This document shows positions 50,880-64,000 of a stretch of 64,000 nt of DNA, one piece after another; the first letter of the stretch is position 1; every line of letters starts with the position of its first letter. The stretch comes from Eledone cirrhosa (Eukaryota): assembly GCA_964016885.1 (NCBI GenBank), contig OZ024741.1, positions 277,140,001-277,204,000 on the forward strand, read 5' to 3'. Both the position numbers and the translations under genes were made by a program. The notes beneath the pieces were generated by a model. That model saw only the letters and a list, made by a program, of their open reading frames with translations, searched no databases and had not been told where the DNA came from.

Positions 50880-52015
50880 GACGGCCAGCACCGGCTTGCA
50901 GAATCCAGCAGAAGCAGCGGGGCAACGTTCTATGCGCATTTCAAACTCAAGCTTTCATTTGGACCGTCAAAGACCGAATCGTGGTTTTGTTACCACGCTG
51001 CGCATCCACCACACGGACCCACGGAACAGCTTTCGTTTCCTCGTTTCTTAGAGCATGCGCCTTAGCTCTGACAATGCAACCTTCGTATTTCACATTGAAG
51101 AAATGGTCTAATGCCATTCTCACCGCTAACCTGTCAGCCACAATGCCACTTCTAATCATCGCCTCGTCTAATTTAGCTATCAGCTCCCCCTTCTTTTTAT
51201 TTTTTCTAACGCTACTTCTTTACTAAAACCTATCGGTATTACTCAAATCTCTCTCTTGAGAGCCCCCGACCACTACCTGTTGTTGATGACCTTCCTGTTA
51301 ACTTTTGGTCAACTAAATTGTTGACCTGGTCCCTATAAGCTTTACGAACCGGGAACGACATGTTCAGCTTCCAGTAATTAGGTACTAACCTGCATGTCCT
51401 ATCTAGATCGACCATGCAGATCACTAACTTGTGATCTGAATAGGCGACTGTTTGAAAATTTGGACAACCTATACTATCTTTATCTACTGACCTAATAAAT
51501 AACCTATCTATATACGATCGAGATGGCCTTATGCGGTTGGTCCATGTCCACAGTGGAGCATTAGGGAAATCTAGTCCGTGCCTATCAGACTGTTGGAACT
51601 GGCTTATCAGGTACTCGAGGCTTTTGCGGCCCTCTGCTCCTATCACCTACTCCCACACAACCCCTGCATGCGTTTAAGATGCCGTTCAAGTATCCCGCTA
51701 ATTGTAAAGAGCCAGTCGTTCTCAGAATGGCTTCCAGGCACCGAAAGAAATCCGGCCGGCCGGCCCAGGTCGGGGCGTAGACGGCTACCAGTCTAAAGGC
51801 ACCACCTTCGCTATTGTTCACGTCCTGGATCACCAACTTACCGTCCTGTTCCAGGAAGATCGACCTTACCTCGAGATCCAGACCTTTCCTAAACAGCACT
51901 GGCACCCACCTCCCATCACTGGGTGATTAAGAGATGTGAAGATCTGATAGTCGTCAAAAATGGAGGCTAGTGCGCGCGCGTCAGAAATCATGGTTTCGCT
52001 GACGGCTGTCACATC
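50880..52015 (-). mobile_element. L1/Tx1 ORF2 endonuclease-region fragment
   Basis: VLFRKGLDL..FRLVAVYAP..WTWTNR..YIDRLF..YSDHK..YWKLN, homologous to 13.6-14.8 kb. Confidence 0.85.
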
Positions 52016-52335
52016 TTGGCTGTTCCAATTACTCCGACCAGGACGGCATCTGTTCCCTCCTCAATCACGCATCCCAGGAACCACCACAAGTCGTGTCCTG
52101 GTGGAATCCTGGTAATAATAATAATAAAAAGATAGTATGAAGTGAAGTACATTACAAAGCTTAAAGATTACACGCAAAAAATTAAATTTTCGTTGTTCTC
52201 ACTCTACTTATGTATTGAGTACCTTATTTACTGTGGTTTCACTCGGATCTACACACACACATCCATCCATCCATCCATCCATCCATCCATCCATCCATCC
52301 ATCCATCCATCCATCCATACATACATACATGAACA

Positions 52336-52600
52336 CAGTGGAGGCACGTGGCCTAGTAGCAAGGGTGTTGGACTTACGATTATAATGTTGTGAGTTCAAT
52401 TCCCGGGTTGCGTGTTATGTTCTTGAGCCAATTGCTTCTGTATACTCAGCTGAAAATATATACTAGCAATAGCTGGAGGGTTTAACCCTGCGATGGACTG
52501 GCGTCCTGTCCAGGGGGAGTCGTGTACTGTCAGTCGCTTCACGCCATAGAACCAAGATAAGTACCGGCCAAATGAGCCTTCTGGCTTAAGACAGACTCTA
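52336..52600 (+). mobile_element. tRNA-derived SINE
   Basis: GGAGGCACGTGGCCTAGT A box, GAGTTCAATTCCC B box, CCCTGCGATGGACTGGCGTCCTGTCCAGGGG internal domain. Confidence 0.7.
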
Positions 52601-52974
52601 GACTAGACATGCACTCACACAAGTGAAGGGAATTTAAAAAGCAGCAAAAGATAAAAATACATTACATTAACAGCATACTATTTTAACGTTCGATATCAAC
52701 GCTAAAAGAGACATGACGTTTCGGACGATCTTCCTTCATCGAGACAGAAAATTGGAGAAAGAGAGAGAAAGGGAAAACAAACAGAAACATACAAAGCACT
52801 CTCACATTCCTCTCTCTCTTTCTGCCACACATCGCTTTCTCGCTTTCTTTCTCTCTTTCTCCCTTTCTCTCACCCTCTTTCTCTCTCACTCTCTTTTCTT
52901 TTCCACTCGCTCTCTTTCAGGAAGCAATCGACTGTAATCAAACATAGGGACAAATGGGTGCTGCCATTTTCTAA

Positions 52975-54145
<1,171 letters not shown>

Positions 54146-54299
54146 ACCACAACAGCGACATCAGTTCCACATTCCAGTATTTGCTCGTTGAATTTTCTTC
54201 TCATCACATCACAAGAGATCGAAGTACCGCCAATGTTGTTGTTGGAAATATTGATTGGCTGAAGGATCGGGGTGAGTGATCGATAGAAGTGATGGCGTT

Positions 54300-57200
54300 A
54301 GAAGTGGTGGCGGTGGCGGTGATGGTGGTAGTGGTGGTGGTGGTGGTGGAGGTGGTGGTCATTGCCGTTGTCGTGGCAGTGGTGATGGTCGCCATGTTGG
54401 TGGCGACGGTGTGGGAGAGGGAGTAGGAAGAAAGGTAGAACGAGGAGGTGTGGTGTTGATGGTCATGGTGGTGGTGGTGTGGTTTTGATCGTGGTGGTGT
54501 GGTGTGGTGTTGATGGTGGTTTGGTGTTGATGGTGGTGGCGTGGTGTTGATGGTGGTTGTGTGGTGTGGTGTTGATGGTGGTGGTGTGGTGTTGATGGTG
54601 GTGTGGTGTTGATGGTGGTGTGATGTTGATAATGGTGGTGGGGGTATAGGGGTGATGGTGGTGTGGTGTTGGTGGTGTGGTGTTGATAGTGGTGTGGTGT
54701 GGTGTTGATGGTGGTGGTGGTGGTGGTGTGGTGTTGATGGTGGCGTGGTGTTGATGGTGGTGTGGTGTGGTGTTGATGGGTGTGTGGTGTTGATAGTGGT
54801 GGTGGGGGTGTGGTGTTGATGGTGGTGGTGTGGTGTTGATGGTGGTGTGGTGTTGATAGTGGTGTGGCGTGGTGTTGATGGTGGTGTTGATGGTGGTGTG
54901 GTGTGGTGTTGATGGTGGCGTGGTGTTGATGGTGGTGTGGTGTTGATGGTGGTGGTGTGGTGTTGATGGTGGTGTGGTGTTGATGGTGGTAGTGGTATGG
55001 TGTTTATGGTGGTGGTGTTGATGGTTGTGGTAGTGGTGTTGATGGTGGTGTGGTGTTGATGGTAGTGGTGTGATGTTGATGGTGGTATTGGTGGGGTGTT
55101 GATGGTGGTGGTGTGGGGTTGATGGTGGTATTGGTATGGTGTTGATGGTGGTACTAGTGTGGGGTTGATGGTGGTGGTAGTGGTGTTGTGTTGATGGTGG
55201 TGGTGTGGTGTTGATGGTGGTAGTGGTGGGGTGTTGATGGTGGTGGTGGGGTGGGGTATGGTGTTGATGGTGGTCGCGTGGTCTTGATGGTGGTAGTGGT
55301 GTGGTGTTGATGGTGGTAGTGGTGGGGGGTTGATGGTGGTGGTGTGGTGTTGATGGTGGAAGTGGTGTGGTGTTGATGGTGATGGTGTGGTGTGGATGGT
55401 GGTAGTGTGGTGTTGATGGTGGTGGTGGTATGGTGTTGATGGTTGTGGTGGTGTGGTGTTGATGGTGGTGGTGTGGTGTTGATGGTGGTGGTGGTATGGT
55501 GTTGATGGTTGTGGTGGTGTGGTGTTGATGGTGGTGGTGTGGTGTTGATGGTGGTGGTGGTATGGTGTTGATGGTGGTGGTGTGGTGTGGTGTTGATGGT
55601 GCTGGTGTGGTGTTGATGGTGGTGGTGGTATGGTGTTGATGGTTGTGGTGGTGTGGTGTTGATGGTGGTGGTGTGGTGTTGATGGTGGTGGTGGTATGGT
55701 GTTGATGTTGGTGGTGTGGTGGTGTGGTTGTGGTGGTGTGGTGTGTTGTTGATGGTGGTGGTGTGGTGTTGATGGTGGTAGTGGTGGGGTGTTGATGGTG
55801 GTGGTGGGGTGGTGGTGGTGTATGGTGTTGATGGTGGTGGTGTGGTCTTGATGGTGGTAGTGGTGTGGTGTTGATGGTGATGGTGTGGTGTTGATGGTGG
55901 TAGTGGTGGGGTGTTGATGGTGGTAGTGGTGGGGTGTTGATGGTGTGGTGTTGATGGTGGTAGTGGTGGGGTGTTGATGGTGGTGGTGGTGGTGTGGTGT
56001 TGATGGTGATAGTGGTGTGGTGTTGATGGTGATGGTGTGGTGTTGATGGTGGTAGTGGTGGGGTGTGGTTTTGATGGTGGTGGTGTGGTGTTCATGATGG
56101 TATGGTGTTGATGGTTGTGGTGGTGTGGTTGATGGTGGTATTTGTGTGGTGTGGTGTTGATGGTTGTGGTTGTGTGGTGGTGGTGGTGTGGTGTTGATGT
56201 TGGTAGTGGTGTTGGTGATGGCGTGGTGTTGATGGCGGTGGTGTGGTGTTGATGGTGGTAGTGGTGTGGTGTTGATGGTGGTAGTGGTGGGGTGTTGATG
56301 GTGGTGGCGTGGTGTTGATGGTGGAAGTGGTGTGGTGTTGATGGTGATGGTGTGGTGTTGATGGTGGTAGTGGTGGGGTGTTGATGGTGGTAGTGGTATG
56401 GTGTTGATGGTGGTGTGGTGTTGATGGTAGTGGTGGTGTGGTGTTGTTGGTGGTGGTGTGGTGTTGATGGTGGTGGTGGTATGGTGTTGATGGTTGTGGT
56501 GGTGTGATGTTGATGGTGGTGGTGGTATGGTGTTGATGGTGGTGGTGTGGTCTTGATGGTGGTGGTAGTGTGGTGTGTTGTTGATGGTGGTGGTGTAGTG
56601 TTGATGGTGGTAGTGGTGGGGTGTTGATGGTGGTGGTGGGGTGGTGGTGGGGTATGGTGTTGATGGTGGTGGTGTGGTCTTGATGGTGGTAGTGGTTTTG
56701 ATGGTGATGGTGTGGTGTTGATGGTGGTAGTGGTATGGTGTTGATGGTGGTGCGGTGTTGATGGTGGTGGTGTTGATGGTGGTGGTGGTGGTGTGGTGTT
56801 GATGGTAGTGGTGGTGTGGTGTTGATGGTGGTGGTGTGGTGTTGATGGTGGTGGTGTGGTGTTGATGGTGGTGGTGGTATGGTGTTGATGGTGGTGGTGT
56901 GGTGGTGGTGGTGTGGTGTGGTGTTGATGGTGGTGGTGTGGTGTTGATGGTGGTGGTGGTATGGTGTTGATGGTTGTGGTGGTGTGGTGTTGATGGTGGT
57001 GGTGTGGTGTTGATGGTGGTGGTGGTGGTATGGTGTTGATGGTGGTGGTGTGGTGGTGGTGGTGGTGTGGTGGTGGTGGTGGTGGTGGTGTGGTGTGGTG
57101 TTGATGGTGGTGGTGTGGTGTTGATGGTGGTGGTGGTATGGTGTTGATGGTTGTGGTGGTGTGGTGTTGATGGTGGTGGTGTGGTGTTGATGGTGGTGGT

Positions 57201-57316
57201 GGTGTGGTGTTGATGGTGGTGGTGGTATTGTGTTGATGGTGGTGGTGTGGTGTTGATGGTGGTAGTGGTGTGGTGTTGATGGTGGTGGTGGTGGAGTGTT
57301 GATGGTGGTGGTGTGG
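54300..57316. repeat. 3-kb G/T-rich minisatellite, unit about GGTGTGGTGTTGAT(GGT)n
   Basis: GGTGTTGATGGT core repeated throughout with variable GGT number. Confidence 0.95.
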
Positions 57317-57544
57317 AGAAATACACACGTACCTACACACACATACATACGACACACATACACCTAATTACACATACACAGATACATACATAAACTTACA
57401 TAGACATATTCACCACCGTCCTTGTCAACAATGTGTTGGAAGAACGTGTTGGAGGAGGAGGAGGAGGAGGAGGAGGAGGAGGAGGAGAAGAAGAAGAAGA
57501 AGAAGAAGAAGAAGAAGAAACACCTGTGCACCCAAAACAAAAAG

Positions 57545-58010
57545 AAAGGCTCAGTCTCTAATACAAACACACAGACACACAAGTTGACTCACACACACAC
57601 ACACAAAAGACAAACTCTCTAATACAAACACACAGACACACACGTTCACACACACACAAAAGACAAACTCTCTAATACAAACTCACAGACACACAAGTTG
57701 ACACACACACACACACAAAAGACAAACTCTCTAATACAAACACACACGTTCACACACACACACACACACATAAAATACAAACTTTTCAATACAAGCACAC
57801 AGACAAACAAGTTTACACACACACACACGCAAAAGACAAACTCTCCAATATAAACACACAGACACATACGTTAACATACACACACACCCACACATAAAAG
57901 ACAAATCTCCAATATAAACACACAGACACACAAGTTCACACACACAGACACACACACTCACTCACACACATAAAAGACAACTCTCCAATATAAACACACA
58001 CAAAACACAC
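57545..58010. repeat. Degenerate ~60-bp tandem repeat with embedded (CA)n
   Basis: AAAAGACAAACTCTC(T/C)AATA(C/T)AAACACACAGACACAC repeated about 8 times. Confidence 0.8.
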
Positions 58011-58071
58011 GCTAAGCATGCGCACATACTTGATAGCAAATTTTAATTGGATAATATGTTCGGGTTATATG

Positions 58072-58259
58072 TTTGAACAATGAAAATAAAACAAAAGTCA
58101 GATGTAGGTCGTTAAGAGTACTTCATTGCTTTACGAGATCGTTTCAGAGGGCTGATTGATCTATTTACTACGATCAATCAGCCCTCTGAAACGATCGTAA
58201 GGCAATGAAGTACTCTTAACAACATATATCTGAGTTTTGTTTTATTTTTATTGTTCAAA
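58072..58259. mobile_element. Fold-back hairpin (~90-bp arms), probable PLE end
   Basis: Inverted arms around TATTTACTAC; right arm has GAAAC-GATC-GTA, like the 3' half of a hammerhead. Confidence 0.7.
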
Positions 58260-58559
58260 ATACACACTTTATAGACTCTGTAGTCTGTGTACACTCTTCG
58301 AAGTTACCTTATGCGACAGCTTCCTACAAAAAAAAAAACAAATAAACTTAACCCCTGAAAACAATATCTTGATAAATCTTCCATTACAACACTGCATTGA
58401 TTTCTATCAACATTATCTTCCCCCACCTTAAATAGGTGTACACCAATTGCATAAAAAAAAGAAAAAGAGAAATAGCGAAATTAAGGTAAAGGTGGGAGCG
58501 GCTGACTCTATATCCCAGTCTATGTGGTATATTTCAGCTGCACTCTCCTGTGAACAAGG

Positions 58560-59340
58560 TATTGACGCGGAAAACAGCTAGCAACACCCGCTGAAAACGG
58601 TCGTCAGGTGACCTAGCACACCGGAGATCTCAACGTTGACTGACAAGAAAAGTAAGATGTCAGTTAAGTCCAGGTATTTGGCTATCTTTCTCTCCTCCAC
58701 GTTACGGGCGACAGTACCCAGTTTGTGGATGAAACGACAAGGCTGGAGGCGGAGAACGTGTCACAGCACGGGGCGCACCAGTTTAGAGATTTATCTTCCT
58801 CGAACAAAAGGAAACAGGTTGTTACATTTAGGTGCTTGCCATTCTTTTGATGACGTCGTTGAAGGCGGTGTGTCAAGGGGACCGAACTACAAAGTGATGA
58901 CAAGAGAGCGGGTGTAGTCCGACAATGATTTGCGAATCCCACTCACACGGAAGCCGAGGCGCTGAGCCACACAGAGAAGAGTGTATTTATCATCAAGAAG
59001 AGTACCGGCTAGTGAGGGGGGGGGGACCGAATTGAACCCCATGCTGCTATTTGGCTGCCAAGCAGAATGTAAGCAGGCGAGACTGTGTTGGTCCAGAGAA
59101 AACTAGATCCGCAGGTTGACCTGCACTTGATGTCGTCTCAGTTGCGTTGGTAACCTACATACTCGGTGGATGGCGGAACAGTGAGACCATCGTCAACCAA
59201 AAGGGCCAGAATTGATTCGATTTCCCGGTCCACGTATAGTTCTTAGAACCTCATTGATGAGGACTGTTGGAGATGATGGTAGATAAGTAGGCAGGCAGTG
59301 TCAGGTCAGATGTTGCACGGTGACCTGAGTCATCGAACCT
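58560..59340 (-). mobile_element. Highly decayed CRE-like non-LTR retrotransposon fragment
   Basis: Minus-strand pieces GTLLDD..CVAQRLG, HTAFNDVIKR, CDTFSAS, EERKIAKYLDL, VEISGVLG. Confidence 0.6.
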
Positions 59341-59705
59341 CATTGGTGGTCTCGCCTATTTTCAACAGGTGGTGACGAAAGGAACATTACAGTGAAGTTC
59401 AGTACAGCGATGGATGGTTGTCTCAGTTTCGTTGATTCTGGGTTCAATCTCACTGCATGACACTTTGGGCAAGTGTCTTCTACTATAGCCTCGATAGTGG
59501 AATCTAATAGACGGAAACTGCAGAAGCCCATCGTATATATATACATATATATATATACATATATGAGTGAATGTTTTTGTCAGTATTTCCATGTCTGTCT
59601 GTGTTTATGTCCCGTAACCTAGCATTTCGACAAAAAAGAGATCGATGAAATAAATGCCAAACTTGTAAAAACATGTGTACCTAAATGACAGCATAGTTAG
59701 TGCAA

Positions 59706-59706
<1 letters not shown>

Positions 59707-59751
<45 letters not shown>

Positions 59752-59756
59752 ACTAT

Positions 59757-59853
<97 letters not shown>
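59707..59853. repeat. (CTAT)n microsatellite
   Basis: Direct reading. Confidence 0.95.
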
Positions 59854-59854
<1 letters not shown>

Positions 59855-60062
59855 GGGATGGACACACGCGTGAAACTTGTTGGGTAAATTCTGCCTAAAT
59901 TTCTATAGAAATTCCTAACTGTGAACCTTTATTTTTATATCAACTTGTAGAGGGACTGCCAGGTAAATTTTTGATCTGGTCAGTCTCTCAAAATATTCTA
60001 CGCTTTTAGGCAAAAATAGTACATAAAAAGTTTTTTTTTGGAAAAGCTAACATTTAAAAAAA

Positions 60063-61947
60063 ATGGTTGAAGCTTCTTCACCAACATTCGAAGGAGGAAA
60101 AGGGAAGATATGCTTACAGCTTCCTCCTGCCACTGTCATAGCAGCAGATGTCAAAGACAAAGGTCAGCCAGAGGAAGGATTTTCTCCACCTGCTGACCGA
60201 CAACTTGACGTTGCCATGGCAACAAACCAAAACAACACAGCCAGCGGCACCAGCAACAACAATAACAACAATGCTATGAACGAAAAGACAACTTCACAAA
60301 TAAATTCCGCAACCACAGATCAAGCAATTGAGAACTACAACAACAACAACAACAGCAACGACAACAATGACAACAACAACAACAGCAGCAACAATAATGA
60401 CAACAACACCAACAGGAACAACTCCACAAACAAGAAAAATAATTCTCGTTTGCATAAACTGTCCAAAATACAGAACTATATACACAGATTGACATCTCTA
60501 ATGCCGGAGAATTGCTAAGAGATGCCAAGCAATATATAACTTTTGGGGAGAATGGCGCTTTTAGCATCACTTCTCCCCAAGAATTGCGTAGAGACACTGT
60601 CCTGAAGACCATAGTTTTTAGGACAATCTCAAATGCCACCAGAAATCCAGCTCAATTAACTCAAAACGAAATTGAGCTGGTTCTAAGAAACTCCATGAAG
60701 GACATTGCCGTCATACAGAAGGGAAAACTCTTCGGGAGTTAATCAATAATAATGAAAAACCAATTGATGGCACAGAAATATTCTGTGTCGCCAATTGTGT
60801 GCCCCCCCCCCCTCTACACCTTTTTCCCCACATACATAGGAAAAAGGACCCAAAAAATAAAAATAACAAACATCACACCAAATGTAAACATCTGGTGGAT
60901 AATAGCTGGTTTCATCAATTTTGATGAAGATACACTAATTTCTGTAGGAAAGTCCTCCAGGGGCATGTTCAACGGTACAAGCTTAGAAGTTCTGGTCCAA
61001 ATGAGACCAGAACGGATAGCTAGAATACCACAACGTGTGCCTCTGGATGGAAATTCCTACATAAACATTTCTGTTGAGGGTAAGCGGCCTTCATGTTACC
61101 ACTGTTTAAGCAGTGGTCACCTGAGGGCTTCCTGTCCTCAATTAACTGCATTTAAAAAAAAGGCACTACTGCCGACACCCAACACAACAACACAACCACC
61201 ACCACAACAACAACAACACACAAAAACAAACCAAACTGCAAACACAGTCCCACCTGACCCCTCCCCACCTAAAATAACTCCAGAAACACCCACACACATA
61301 ACAGCCCCTCAAAATGTACCCCTCCCCAACAACACGGATGAGGCCTCATCATCGTCACCCAGTGACGATGAGGGAGAGCCTTTCCGACCAGTAAAAAGAA
61401 AAAAGAAAAGACATAACACAAACAAAAATGCAACAAACACACAAACACCAATACAAGCGACGCAAACAGCACAAACAAAAACACCTCCTTCTGAAAACAA
61501 AACACCTACTACAAAACGTAAACACACACAAGAACCACAGAAAAAAGCAACACAACGCAACAAAAATGTTACACCTACATAAATACTAACAATAAAACTT
61601 TAACAGACACCATATATAAAAACCGTTCGGTGGAGACCGAAGGGAAAACTTTTACACACTCTGCGGAGAATCCTAATCTTAAAATGATTAGGATCTCCAT
61701 GGACACACATAAACAGTTAAAAGAAAAATTTCCTAACGACGTAGGTAACCCCTGCGTCAAACCCTATAACCGCGTCCTTTTGAAATGTTTCCCCACCCCC
61801 ACCCCAGACACCCCCACCCCACCTGACACCCCCTCCTCACCAAACATCTCCGTCCCCACCCCGCCAGAGACCACCACCCCACCAAACAACCCCTCCAATA
61901 CCCCCATAGAAATTGTGCAGCCTGGTCCCCAGGAGACGAACAGGTGA
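60063..61947 (+). pseudogene. Tx1-like ORF1, frameshifted
   Basis: Asn-rich N-terminus, ISVEGKRPSCYHCLSSGHLRASC knuckle, C-terminal KEKFPNDVG matching KTKFPNAVG of copy 1. Confidence 0.75.
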
Positions 61948-61987
61948 GTGATTTCTTTTCCTCTTCTTTTAACTTTTCAGCACCAAC

Positions 61988-64000
61988 ATGGCCAATATAA
62001 GAGTTGGATGTGTGAATGTACGCGGCCTGGGGATGCCCTGGAAACAGAGCAAACTCTTAAACAACCTCAGGTCGCACAGTATGAATGTAGTTGCCATTTG
62101 CGAATCCAGGATCCACAGCGAGCGACAACTGGCCCCCATCTTCGACGACTTTGAGATCTACGCATCTCTGTCAGCCGGGAGGTGGGGTGGGGTTGCCCGA
62201 TCCGGGACACCGCGGCCAGACTTCTTCAAACGTCTTGAGACTTTTCTGGGAACGTCCCGCTCCCTGCTATTAGTGGGGGACTGGAATGGAACCCTAGATG
62301 CACGTTGGGACTATGTGGGAGCATGTCCCGATAGAGGGGGGTGTAACAGCCTCAAACAGTTAATCGGCCGATTTGACCTGGCCGATAGATATCGACTAGA
62401 TTTTCCGACTGTGCCACTGTGGACGTGGACTAATCGCAGCGGAACATCTAGATCGTACCTAGATAGGGTTCTAGTTAGAAAGAAGGATAGGGACATGTTA
62501 AGCTGTCCACAAATGTTCATGGTTGCTTATTCAGATCACAAATTAGTGACCTGCTTAGTCAACCTTGACAAAACCCGTAGACAGGGAACCGGCTACTGGA
62601 AGCTGAACTTGTCGTTACCGACATGCAAAGCCTACAGTAGACGGATTAGCACTTTAGTTAAGCAGCACTTGACGGGGGCCATTGTCAACAACAGATGGTG
62701 GTACTCTCTCAAGAGGGCAGTTAGATTAGACTCGATAGGTTTTAGTAAAGAATTAGTGTTAGATAGAAATAAGACTGAAAAGGAACTGGTAGATAAAGTA
62801 GAAGAGGCACTTAGGAGTGGCAACGTAGCCAGCGTGCTAGCGACGAGAACGGCCTTGGACCAGTTCTTCGACGCAAAGCATGAAGGTTGCGTTGTCAGAA
62901 GCAAAATACGTGCTCTGGGAAACGAGGGAGCCAAAGCTGTTAGCTGGGCCCGAGTGACGGAGGCGAAAAGTGGCAACAAGTCCACGATTCGGTCTTTGAA
63001 GGTCCAAGACGCGTCATACGTGAGCGAAGAAAATGTGCGCGGCCTTTCAGCGACACTTTTCTCAACTGTTCGTGCAGGGCGGCGCGCCGAGAGGGGCTAT
63101 GGATTTCGGTTCATACCTCGACAGCCTGCCGCGACTCTCGGACAGCGAGGCGAAGTTCTGAGAAAGGCCGATTTCGGCCGCTGAGATAGGGGACGCGCTG
63201 AGCCAATGCGGCAAACGCAAATCTCCAGGTCTTGACGGTCTACCCTACCAATTTTACGTAGCAATGCCGGACTTGTTCTCCAGTCTCCTGGAAGAGGTCT
63301 ACTGCAACTGGCAGCAGAACGGGAGAATTCCCAGTTCTGTGACCAAGGGCGTAATGATGTTAGTCAGGAAGGACGAGAACAAGGGGGATGACATAGGAAA
63401 CTTCCGGCCCATAACTCTGCTCAACAGAGTTACAGATTTTGGCCAAGGTGTTGGCAAAGAGGCTGGCGCTTGTCGTCGAAAACCTGGTGGGAGAAGCGCA
63501 GACATGCGCAATCCCGACCAGGTCCATACACGACAACCTCCACCTCATGCGATACATCATAGATTGGGTAGGGTGTAAACCCGGCCTCGGTGGGGCCCTG
63601 ATCAACTTGGATAAGTCTAAGACTTTCGATTGGGTTGACCATCGCTACCTGGATGCGGTGCTCGAAGCGGAAGGCTTCGATCCCGTGTTCAGGGGCTGCA
63701 TTGCTGCAATGCACAACAGCAACATCTGCTCAAGGGTCAAGGTGAACGGCTACTTCTCGGAGCCGTCCAATATCACGCGATCCATCCGACAGGGATACCC
63801 TCTCTCCTCCCTTCTGTACGTACTGACTCTCGAGCCACTACTGCAGAAGTTGGAGCTACTGCAGGGCATCCCTTTGGAACCGACGACGTGACAGTAATGT
63901 TGTCGAGCACCTCGCAAATCGGGGAGATCGGCACCTTACTGGAGGAATACGAAAGGTTCACAGGAGCGAAGCTGAACCGAGACAAATCCGTCGGTTTGCA
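61988..64000 (+). pseudogene. Tx1-like ORF2 (APE + RT) with deletions and frameshifts
   Basis: GCVNVRGL, VGDWNG, YLDRV, YSDHK, YWKLN, FRPITLLN, LDKSKTFD, QGYPLS; deletions near 62195 and 63880. Confidence 0.9.

Larger units (their letters stand above)
59854..64000 (+). mobile_element. L1/Tx1-clade LINE (copy 2, divergent family), runs off the window
   Basis: ORF1/ORF2 layout homologous to the 11-17 kb element; 5' boundary approximate. Confidence 0.88.

Noticed and set aside
54156-54271. Possible host exon (CAG|..DISSTFQYLLVEF..NIDWLKDR|GTGAGT)
   Set aside because: No pyrimidine tract, no recognisable protein, no partner exons; its start overlaps the dispersed 22-bp motif. Cannot be excluded without RNA-seq
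54204-57363. 1040-aa His/Thr/Pro mucin-like ORF
   Set aside because: All three minus frames are open because of the minisatellite composition

Overview
Eukaryotic, AT-rich, microsatellite-saturated genomic DNA with no convincing host gene. The SINE and LINE repertoire suggests a mollusc, most likely an octopus or other cephalopod (inference). The window is mostly transposon remains: two long L1/Tx1-type LINEs plus a fragment; four R4/Dong-type restriction-like-endonuclease LINEs, three of them chained head-to-tail in a (TAA)n tract; RTE and CRE LINE remnants; a nearly complete Penelope-like element (PLE) with pseudo-LTRs and a hammerhead ribozyme; many small PLE-end fold-back hairpins in (TA)n; hAT, Chapaev3-like and Tigger-like DNA transposons; tRNA-derived SINEs; and kilobase-scale (ACC)/(GTA)/(GGTGT) low-complexity arrays. 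Most ORFs in the supplied track are microsatellite artefacts. The most unusual signals are: (1) a 22-bp motif AGCGACAYCRRTTCYRCATTCC recurring in unrelated unique-sequence islands; (2) in two divergent Tx1 families the ORF1 stop codon sits inside a consensus splice donor, with in-frame acceptors that would fuse ORF1 to ORF2; (3) hammerhead ribozymes, including U3-A8 core variants, at or beside the fold-back points of PLE hairpins; (4) an in-frame TGA at an apparent Cys position of the PLE. Element boundaries were read by eye and may be off by a few to tens of bases. Family names come from recalled motifs, not database searches.
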